Below are positions 1 through 7,061 of a stretch of 14,366 nucleotides of DNA, piece by piece (the first letter of the stretch is position 1; the number at the start of each line of letters is the position of its first letter). The notes beneath the pieces were generated by a model. That model was not told where the DNA came from, ran no database searches, and saw only the letters and a program-made list of their open reading frames with translations. A program made the position numbers and the translations under genes. The stretch comes from Verrucomicrobiota bacterium (GTDB lineage Bacteria > Verrucomicrobiota > Verrucomicrobiia > Limisphaerales > SXQI01): positions 1-14,366 of the forward strand of contig JANRLX010000025.1 in the NCBI GenBank assembly GCA_033762115.1, in the 5' to 3' direction.

Positions 1-695
1 CCTGCCGCCGGGGCGACATCAATGAATTTGGGGACATCGGCTTCGGAAGCGAAAATTTTTGGGTCGATCCTGAACTGCGGGGGGACCTTATCCGGATATT
101 CTCCCAAGGTCATATAGGCGATGTTCAAGAGCCATTTCGCCTGGAGATTGCTGGGAAACCGGGTTGTGACTTCCGAAAGGATCTCAATTGCCGCCCGGGA
201 ACCGCGAGGCAATTTGTGGACTCCGCCTCCCTGAATGGGAAAGATGCAGCTTTCGGCATTGTGACCGTGCAGGCAGTTTTCCTGCTCGCCCAGGCGAAGA
301 TGTGCAACGGCCAGACTAAGCTTCACATCGAGGCGCATGCGGGAATCAAAAACACGTGGGTATTGCGTGGAGAGCGCTTCCAATGCGTGAAATTCCGCAA
401 TTGCCTGCTCCGTTTTACCGGCATTCATCAATTCGCGGGCAAGCTGCGCCTGACTGCGGACGATATCCGCAGGAGCCTGGGCTTCGAGGCGGTTCTTTGC
501 GGCAATCGCCAATCGTCGTGGAACATCGAAGGGATTATGGAGGGGATCAGTTTCACGGGTGATCTTCTGAAGGAGGGCCGCCATTTTGGCAGTCCCGGGT
601 AGAATATTTGATTCAGCGCCGAATAAACAGCACTGTGCCAACAGAAAACCCACTGCCACATGAAAGAACCGTCTTGCGCACAACCCAACTTCCAT
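1..695 (-). CDS. Secreted FG-GAP-repeat / CRTAC1(ASPIC-UnbV)-like protein with TPR-like N-terminal region; partial, runs off the window start
   Basis: Not in the ORF track because it has no stop in the window. Manual translation from ATG 695 (alternative GTG 707; in-frame TGA at 708-710) gives MEVGLCARRFFHVAVGFLLAQCCLFG (signal-like)...LRLGEQENCLHGHNAESCIFPIQGGGVH...AKWLLNIAYMTLGEYPDKVP...PKFIDVAPAAG. These motifs match my recollection of the TPR+FG-GAP CRTAC1-like subfamily, and FxDVAxxAG marks the start of the propeller. Confidence 0.8.
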   Translation of the reverse strand, partial: MEVGLCARRFFHVAVGFLLAQCCLFGAESNILPGTAKMAALLQKITRETDPLHNPFDVPRRLAIAAKNRLEAQAPADIVRSQAQLARELMNAGKTEQAIAEFHALEALSTQYPRVFDSRMRLDVKLSLAVAHLRLGEQENCLHGHNAESCIFPIQGGGVHKLPRGSRAAIEILSEVTTRFPSNLQAKWLLNIAYMTLGEYPDKVPPQFRIDPKIFASEADVPKFIDVAPAA

Positions 696-829
696 CAGAC
701 CTTTCACTCAATCGGCATTCCCGCGCTGACCAGCTTCCCTGACCACCATGACAAGAGAGCAAATCAGTCAACAAGCAGCCTTTCACCGTTTCAAACCAGA
801 CTTGTTTCGAACGAAGAAAGTTACAGGAA

Positions 830-1570
830 CTATTTACGTGGAAGAGAGGAGACTGCTGAAGGAGTTTCCCGCTGCCCGTCATACCACATACCGAGCCCAT
901 CCCTTTTTTCCCACCCTTTCTTTCCAGTTCGAACCAGGTGGAAAAAAAGCTGCAAGAAGCAGGCCAGACTTTTCATGCGGAATTTTCGGGCAGAAGTTGT
1001 GACCGGTTCCTTCAATATCTGCATGCGACCGATTTTTTTTAGTGACTGGCTCAGATGCACTTCTTCACCAGCAAAATATCGTTCATTAAATCCTCCAACT
1101 TTATCAAATGCGGTGCGACGGACGAAAATAAAGCAACCTGCGGCATTTTTGTTGAGAAAATAGAGACTCAGGAAGATGGAAGTAAAAATTCGCGCCCAAA
1201 ATTGAGGTTTGCTATCAAAACGCATCGCAGCCCCTCCACCAACAATGTCATTCTTCAACGCCTCCGCCATGGCGACCAAAGTTTCAGGCGGGACGATTGT
1301 ATCCGCATCCACGAACAAAAGAATTTCTCCAGAAGCGATTGCGGCCCCTCGATTCCGAACCGCAGCGATCTGCCGGCATTCAACTGAAATCACTCGGGCA
1401 CCGTGATCCTGCGCAACCTGAAGCGTGTTGTCGGTGGAAGCATCGTTGACGACGATAATTTCATGGGAGGCGGGAAGGGCTTGTACCGCCTTTTTCAATG
1501 CAGCCAGGGTACGGGGAAGCATTGCTTCCTCATTATACGCGGGAACAATGATGGAATAAACGACAGCCAT
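830..1570 (-). CDS. Glycosyltransferase family 2 (GT-A fold)
   Basis: YSIIVPAYNEE, VVNDASTD, RNRGA, DxD motif FVDADT, GGFNERYFAGEE. Likely start is ATG 1570 (MAVVYSII), not 1663, which overlaps the M23 gene. Confidence 0.92.
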   Translation of the reverse strand: MAVVYSIIVPAYNEEAMLPRTLAALKKAVQALPASHEIIVVNDASTDNTLQVAQDHGARVISVECRQIAAVRNRGAAIASGEILLFVDADTIVPPETLVAMAEALKNDIVGGGAAMRFDSKPQFWARIFTSIFLSLYFLNKNAAGCFIFVRRTAFDKVGGFNERYFAGEEVHLSQSLKKIGRMQILKEPVTTSARKFRMKSLACFLQLFFHLVRTGKKGWEKRDGLGMWYDGQRETPSAVSSLPRK

Positions 1571-1611
1571 GGATTGACCGCAACTCTGGTTAGAAAATCG
1601 TTCCAGGCGAA

Positions 1612-2649
1612 TCAATAAGTCAGAAGATCGAGGAGATTCTTGCCGTTGGAAGAAATTTGCCATTCTCCCTTAATCTTTGAGAGCAGCTTGCGACAGGAAT
1701 TCTTGCCTGCTTCCGCGGGGTTAACTTTTAAAAGATAGTAGCGTTCTGTTTGCTTCAGTTCACTTTTGGCTCGTGGAACCAGTTCAAAGGGAACCCCGTT
1801 ATAATTAAGGGCGATTTCATACCCGGCCACCCCTTCCTTTTCTGCGATGCTGTTTCTTTTAACAAGCGGTGTGTAACGCTCAAGCCAGGGAAAGCGGGTG
1901 TCACGCACAATGACCCGGCAGAGTTCAGTTTGCCCACGAAGATAGGTCAAAAGGGAGAAATTGGTGTTTTTATGCGAATTCAGCAGAATTTCTGTGGGAT
2001 CGAGCGCAAGCAGGTTTCGCCCATTCCAATGCCCATGATCGTTTCTGAGCCCGGGGAATGTTTTTTTATACCATTCGGGAAAGCGTTCGTTGATGAACAG
2101 GTTGATCTCGAAATGAAGATGAGCACGTTCCTTCGAGATTCCCTGGCGGGTGTTCGCGGTCCGGCCCATGACTCCGATCTGTTGTCCTCGGGCGACGCGT
2201 GAACCGATTTGAAGATCGGGTTCGATCAAGCTCAGGTGTGCATAGACAGAATAAAAGGTAATTCCTTCCGCCGTATGCCGCAGGATAATGTACCTGCCGT
2301 AATTGGAAAGGGCTGAGGAATGGTTCAGGTAAGCGACCTCTCCAGCGGCGGTGGCAAAGATGGGGTCGACCGGCTCTCCCCGTTTATCACGGCGAACAGC
2401 CTTGATATCAATTCCCTCGTGCATTTGGTGCCCTTCGCTGCGGACACATCCGAATTTCCCGCTCGTCCACGACTTGCCGACGGTTCCCACATAGTAACGC
2501 TGCTCCCCTCCGTTGTTCAGGATTTCACGGTTGGGAGTGGGAAGGAGGAAATTCTGGCCCTGAATGGAAGCGCACAGGCTGGTCAGGAAGAGAAAAAAAA
2601 TCGTCCTTCTGGCCAGCGTGCAGATCTTATCAGGTCGGACCGGGATCAT
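1612..2649 (-). CDS. M23 family zinc metallopeptidase, exported, with uncharacterised C-terminal extension
   Basis: HxxxD (HEGID), YAHL and HxH (HLHFEI) motifs; N-terminal hydrophobic signal (RRTIFFLFLTSLCASIQG). Confidence 0.92.
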   Translation of the reverse strand: MIPVRPDKICTLARRTIFFLFLTSLCASIQGQNFLLPTPNREILNNGGEQRYYVGTVGKSWTSGKFGCVRSEGHQMHEGIDIKAVRRDKRGEPVDPIFATAAGEVAYLNHSSALSNYGRYIILRHTAEGITFYSVYAHLSLIEPDLQIGSRVARGQQIGVMGRTANTRQGISKERAHLHFEINLFINERFPEWYKKTFPGLRNDHGHWNGRNLLALDPTEILLNSHKNTNFSLLTYLRGQTELCRVIVRDTRFPWLERYTPLVKRNSIAEKEGVAGYEIALNYNGVPFELVPRAKSELKQTERYYLLKVNPAEAGKNSCRKLLSKIKGEWQISSNGKNLLDLLTY

Positions 2650-2655
2650 GGATTG

Positions 2656-3189
2656 CTAGAAAGTATATTTCTTTCTCAAACGTTTGGCGACGTTGTTCAA
2701 CCCTCGCACAATGCGCTCCGCTTCCTCACGGGAACAATCGGGAGTAAAGATGAGAATTCCATCAGGCACACGCTTGGTAATACGCGGTGCCGCAAGCCAG
2801 CGGATTTCAGTCCACTGGGCATAAATAACGAGGCGTTGTCCACGATAACTCGTTGTGTAATTGTCGAGAATCAAGGTCCCATGTTCATCGAATTGCAATC
2901 GTATGGCATAGCCGCCATGTTCATCGACATCGACCACTGAAGCGGCAAGGATGCTGCCCTCATCGAGAAAGGGATCCCGTGAAACATTCACCATTACCGG
3001 GTCGGAACGAAACACCGGCACCGGTTGGTTATAAGGGGTGCCATCGCGATTTACTTCAATGTGAAAACGGAGCAGGGTGGCTTCCTTGTCCCGCTTTTTC
3101 TCCTCGGTTGACTTGCAGCCACAGGTCATGACGAGCAGAACAAGGACCGCCTGCAAATAGATATTGAACACAACCGATTGAATCTTCAT
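2656..3189 (-). CDS. Putative lipoprotein with stand-alone SecD/SecDF P1-head-like domain
   Basis: From ATG 3189: MKIQ...LQAVLVLLVMTCGC (lipobox-like). Body ILAASVVD..GGYAIRLQFDEHG..L...T....GQRLVI......AAPRI...V.DG...T.....EEAERIV..L follows the SecD periplasmic P1-head pattern. No SecD transmembrane helices. Confidence 0.7.
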   Translation of the reverse strand: MKIQSVVFNIYLQAVLVLLVMTCGCKSTEEKKRDKEATLLRFHIEVNRDGTPYNQPVPVFRSDPVMVNVSRDPFLDEGSILAASVVDVDEHGGYAIRLQFDEHGTLILDNYTTSYRGQRLVIYAQWTEIRWLAAPRITKRVPDGILIFTPDCSREEAERIVRGLNNVAKRLRKKYTF

Positions 3190-3236
3190 ATTCCGTTCCG
3201 TTAAACAACCGAATTCACCAGTCAAAGTAAAGAGAT

Positions 3237-3338
3237 ATGGGTCAACAGCTGAACAAAGCGCAAAAACGTAAACGTCGCGAAGCTTACAATAAACGGAAGA
3301 AGACCGAGGCAAAAGCAAAGGCGGTCAAAAAGGGGTGA
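3237..3338 (+). CDS. 33-aa Lys/Arg-rich small protein (MGQQLNKAQKRKRREAYNKRKKTEAKAKAVKKG)
   Basis: ATG 3237 to TGA 3336-3338 occupies most of the otherwise empty 3190-3373 gap. Purine-rich upstream sequence (aaagtaaagagat). 14 of 33 residues are K/R. Below the ORF-track length cutoff. Confidence 0.7.
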   Translation: MGQQLNKAQKRKRREAYNKRKKTEAKAKAVKKG

Positions 3339-3373
3339 CCTAAAATTTTCCCAGGGTCGTTAGTGCGGCTGCC

Positions 3374-4846
3374 ATGGAAACGCATTCCCAACGCAAGCGC
3401 ACCCGTCTCCCGCGTTCATATCAAAATCTTGATTTTGCCTGCGGAGTTCTCATTTTACTTATCATCGTTCTGAGTCCCTGGCTTTTTGGGACGACAGAAC
3501 GATGGTCTGTTTTAACCCTCTCAGTTGCCGGGCTTTTGCTGGGCTTATCGACGCTTGGGAAAGCTGTCATTCGCCGGAGCAGGCATCTTGAGGATTGTTT
3601 ATTGGACACTGGCGCATCCTCGTTTCGCCGGAGCCTTACAATTGTTTTTTTCCTCGGCAGCTCCCTCCTGCTTTTGTTCGCTTTTATCAGTGCGCTGAAT
3701 GCACGGGCGACTTATATCCCGCAGGAAAATCGTTTCGAATACCACGAGTTTATTTCATGGCTCCCGTTTAGTTATGATCGGGCACGGAGCTGGCAGATGT
3801 TCTGGATGTACGCTGGATTGGCCGGATTTTTTTGGGGATTGTTCGATTGGATTCATGGGAGGACAGGAGATGAAAGGCATGAGAATGCCGGACGACAGCC
3901 TGTTCTTCCTGGCAGATTAAAAATGTTGTTATGGATATTGAGCCTCAATGGCGCCCTCCTGGCACTCGAGGGGATTCTTCAGCGGCTCAGCGGCACCACA
4001 AAATTATTGTGGCTGCGAGAAGGATATTGGGATCACCCGCTCAGTTCTTTCGCTTCCTTTTCCTATCGAGGCAACGCAGCGCAATATTTTAACCTCGTCT
4101 GGCCCATGACCCTCGGATTGTGGTGGTGCCTGCAACAGGAGGCCGCCCATTCCACAAGAATGCGTGTAGGCTCAGGTCCTCATATTTTGTTGCTGCCATT
4201 TGTGATTCTGATGACCGTCGCGGCGATTTATACCTCGAGCAGGGGAGGGATGATTATTTGCGCGGGATTGCTCCTGGCCAGCGTGGTCATGTTGTTATTT
4301 TTTGGGGGAAAAACAAACCGGTTTGTCAAAGTCACTTTGATTTCTCTATTACTGATTGGCCTGGGTGGCGGGGTTTATCTCAGCGGTCATGTGCTCCGGG
4401 CTCGAATCGGAGGGAACCAGCAGCAGAATATTGAACCGCGCGCTGAAATTTACAAAAATGCGCAGAAGATCATTACCGATTATCCATGGTATGGCACTGG
4501 CCCGGGCTCCTTTGCGGCCATTTACCAGCTTTACCGGGAGGATTCCTCCGAGGTATGGCACGCTTACCTGCACAATGACTGGCTCGAAATGAGGGTTAAT
4601 TTTGGGTGGATCGGTTTTGTTTTGGCGCTGGCATTACTTGGGATTGTGATCACGAAATCCTTTTTGCCGGCCGGACTTATCGTGCCACGCCCCTTTCAAA
4701 GCCTGCTGCTGCTGAATTTGGGAGGCATCCTGCTTCACGCAAGATTCGATTTTCCGCTGCAGATCTATTCCACGCTACTGTTGGTCTTCCTGGTTTCCTG
4801 CCTGCTTTTTGCGAGCTCGCCCAGAAGCGCTCTTCAAAGGGGGTAA
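3374..4846 (+). CDS. O-antigen ligase family (Wzy_C domain) polytopic membrane protein
   Basis: About 11-12 hydrophobic segments; F.YRGNAAQY, SSRGG, R..IY.......PWYGTGPGSF, HNDWLE, LLH...DFPL motifs. Confidence 0.88.
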   Translation: METHSQRKRTRLPRSYQNLDFACGVLILLIIVLSPWLFGTTERWSVLTLSVAGLLLGLSTLGKAVIRRSRHLEDCLLDTGASSFRRSLTIVFFLGSSLLLLFAFISALNARATYIPQENRFEYHEFISWLPFSYDRARSWQMFWMYAGLAGFFWGLFDWIHGRTGDERHENAGRQPVLPGRLKMLLWILSLNGALLALEGILQRLSGTTKLLWLREGYWDHPLSSFASFSYRGNAAQYFNLVWPMTLGLWWCLQQEAAHSTRMRVGSGPHILLLPFVILMTVAAIYTSSRGGMIICAGLLLASVVMLLFFGGKTNRFVKVTLISLLLIGLGGGVYLSGHVLRARIGGNQQQNIEPRAEIYKNAQKIITDYPWYGTGPGSFAAIYQLYREDSSEVWHAYLHNDWLEMRVNFGWIGFVLALALLGIVITKSFLPAGLIVPRPFQSLLLLNLGGILLHARFDFPLQIYSTLLLVFLVSCLLFASSPRSALQRG

Positions 4847-5500
4847 TTTCTTTGCCTTGATCGGTTTTGCTGCGTCCGCCGCTCGCCAAAGATACCAGCT
4901 TGCCACGGTGCGAAACGGCCGCCAGCGTTCGCCAAATTCCCGTAGTTCTCCAGGTTTTGGCAGAGTGGGCAATCCGTACGCTTTTGCGAAACCTGTTCGT
5001 ACCCCAAAATCATCTGCTGGCAGGACATCCAGTCGCCCCAGTTGAAAAATTAAAAGCATTTCAACTGTCCATTGTCCGATGCCTCGAATCTCAGTGAGGC
5101 GTTCTATAATTTCCTCATTCGAGAGGCTGTTAATTTTGCTGCGTGAAGGCACGACACCGGAAATGGCTTTTTCAGCGAGATCTCTCAAGGCCGCGATTTT
5201 TGCCCGGGAAAACCCCGCGGCACGGATCGCATCGTCTGTAACTATTGCCAATTTTTTCGCAGAAGGAAAACTGGAACCTGGAAAAAGGGCAACGAATCGA
5301 CGCAAGATCGTTTCTGCGGCAGTCCCGTTTAATTGTTGATGGGCAATTGCCCGCGCAAGAGATTCAAAGGGGGGTCGCTGTAGCTGTGGTTCCAAACGAC
5401 AGGGCCCCACCTTCCGGATCAGCTTCCGCATGACCGGATCGCAACTCTGGAGGTGTTCCAAAGCGGCATCATAAGTCGAAGCAGAGGACACAGGAGTCAA
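4775..5500 (-). CDS. DNA-3-methyladenine glycosylase II family (HhH-GPD, AlkA-like catalytic domain)
   Basis: FESLARAIAHQQL, GFSRAK, HhH LTEIRGIGQWTVEM, catalytic PADD, W.PFRT.A..YLW. Probable TTG start at 5500. Confidence 0.92.
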   Translation of the reverse strand: MTPVSSASTYDAALEHLQSCDPVMRKLIRKVGPCRLEPQLQRPPFESLARAIAHQQLNGTAAETILRRFVALFPGSSFPSAKKLAIVTDDAIRAAGFSRAKIAALRDLAEKAISGVVPSRSKINSLSNEEIIERLTEIRGIGQWTVEMLLIFQLGRLDVLPADDFGVRTGFAKAYGLPTLPKPGELREFGERWRPFRTVASWYLWRAADAAKPIKAKKLPPLKSASGRARKKQAGNQEDQQ

Positions 5501-5504
5501 GCAA

Positions 5505-6596
5505 TTACCCGAGAATACGCCGGCCTTCGTCCAGGAAAATACCCTTGAAATTCATTTCGAGCGCCTGGGCATTGGAAGCTTTGGCCAGCGCCTCCTTCTC
5601 GGTCACTTTCCGTTCCTTGACCAGCTTGAACAGCGCCTGGTTGAAACTTTGCATCCCATCCTCGGTGCCTGTCTCGATGGCAGCGCCCAGTTTATCCAGC
5701 CGATTTTCTTCGATCATTTTCTTGACCGTGCCGGTATTAATTAAAATTTCCTGGGCTGGGACCACACCTTTTCCATCGGATTTACCCACCATTCTTTGGC
5801 AGATCACCGCCTGCAACGTCCCGGCAAGCTGACGGCGGACCTGTTCCCGCTCATCGGCCTTGAAGAAATCAAGAATGCGCCCTACGGATTGTCCCGCGTT
5901 GGTGGTGTGAAGCGTTGAAAGAACCAGGTGCCCCGTATCTGCCGCGCTAATGGCGGCGGAAAAACTAACCGAATCCCGCATTTCACCGACCATGATAATG
6001 TCCGGATCCTGCCGCAGGATATGCTTCAGCCCATGCTCGAACGAAAGCGTGTCCAACCCCACTTCCCGCTGTTCGATGGTGCAATTGATATCTTCGAAAA
6101 CAAACTCGATCGGGTCTTCAAGCGTGATGATATGTTTCCGTTGGGTGGCATTGATGTGCTGAAGCATGGCCGCCAGACTGGTGGATTTCCCCGAGCCGGT
6201 CGCCCCGGCCAGCAGGACAATTCCGCGCGGCGCTTCAGCGATGTTTTTAAGGATCGGCTCCAATCCCAGTTCTTCGAAGCTCGGGATGTTGGTCTTGACG
6301 TAACGCATGGCCAGGCACCAGGAGCCGCGCTGCTGGAAAAGATTGGTGCGGAAACGTCCCACCCCCGGAACGAAATATGAGAAATCCACTTCCCGCTCTT
6401 CCTCCAGCCGTTTCAACGCATGCCTGGGAACAATGTTCGTGACGACTGTCTCCATCCATTCAGGCGTTGGAATCGGAGCTTCAATCGGGATAAGTTGCCT
6501 GCTGATCCGGAAAATAACCGGTGTGCCGATTTTAATATGCACATCGGAAGCGCCACCATTGATCGCGGCAGTCAAAATTTTGTGGAAGAGTTCCAT
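5505..6596 (-). CDS. PilT/PilU family type IV pilus retraction ATPase
   Basis: ASDVH, RFRTNLF, Walker A GATGSGKS, Asp box TLEDPIE, QREVG, Walker B LRQDPDIIMVGEMRD, His box TGHLVLSTLHT, GMQSFNQAL. Likely start is ATG 6596 (MELFHKIL). Confidence 0.95.
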   Translation of the reverse strand: MELFHKILTAAINGGASDVHIKIGTPVIFRISRQLIPIEAPIPTPEWMETVVTNIVPRHALKRLEEEREVDFSYFVPGVGRFRTNLFQQRGSWCLAMRYVKTNIPSFEELGLEPILKNIAEAPRGIVLLAGATGSGKSTSLAAMLQHINATQRKHIITLEDPIEFVFEDINCTIEQREVGLDTLSFEHGLKHILRQDPDIIMVGEMRDSVSFSAAISAADTGHLVLSTLHTTNAGQSVGRILDFFKADEREQVRRQLAGTLQAVICQRMVGKSDGKGVVPAQEILINTGTVKKMIEENRLDKLGAAIETGTEDGMQSFNQALFKLVKERKVTEKEALAKASNAQALEMNFKGIFLDEGRRILG

Positions 6597-6679
6597 GCGG
6601 AAGGTATTCAACCGGTTCCACAGAGAATTTCCAGCGTGAAGAAGCAAGGCCCCTTATAAAAAGGAACCCCGGTGGGTAA

Positions 6680-7051
6680 TCAGGATGCCGGAGGCTGCGC
6701 GACGGACCGGCGGTTTCCATCCGTCATCAGCGCCACTCCCATGCCCAGGACGCCCAACAGTGCATGTGGCAGCCAGATACGCTCATTGAAGCGGAACAGC
6801 CAGGGACTGAAAAAAAGAATGCCGCTGACCAGCAGGTCGAGCATCAAATGAAGGCGCATTGGCAATAGCCGCACCAAACCTAACTCATAGTCGGTCATCA
6901 AACTGTAGAGGAGCGAGAGGACCCCGACCAAAATCGGGGTCCTTCCCTCAGCCGTATTTGTGTCCAGGTCAAAAACCACAGGCGCGAGCACGAGCAATAT
7001 TCCGATGGTATAATCCAAAATCCCGTGAACGCGTGTGCTGAACGGCTTCAT
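6680..7051 (-). CDS. SPW-repeat small membrane protein
   Basis: STRVHGILDY, LAPVVF, SLMTDYELG, H..LD, FSPWLF motifs with four hydrophobic helices. SD-like GAGG precedes the ATG, 10 nt after the upstream stop. Confidence 0.85.
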   Translation of the reverse strand: MKPFSTRVHGILDYTIGILLVLAPVVFDLDTNTAEGRTPILVGVLSLLYSLMTDYELGLVRLLPMRLHLMLDLLVSGILFFSPWLFRFNERIWLPHALLGVLGMGVALMTDGNRRSVAQPPAS

Positions 7052-7061
7052 CCCTCAGGTG

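Noticed and set aside
216..1387. Plus-strand ORFs 216-602, 660-1163, 748-1002, 1055-1387 and similar alternative-frame ORFs across the window (e.g. 2320-2940, 11880-12611)
   Set aside because: Antisense or out-of-frame shadows of well-supported genes, with no recognisable motifs.
3190..3318. N-terminal extension of the lipoprotein ORF to 3318
   Set aside because: The signal peptide begins at ATG 3189, and the extension lies antisense to the better-supported basic small ORF.
6646..6670. Hairpin between the SPW and pilT genes as a terminator
   Set aside because: The minus-strand stem needs four G-U pairs and lacks a clean U-tract, so it is too weak to call.
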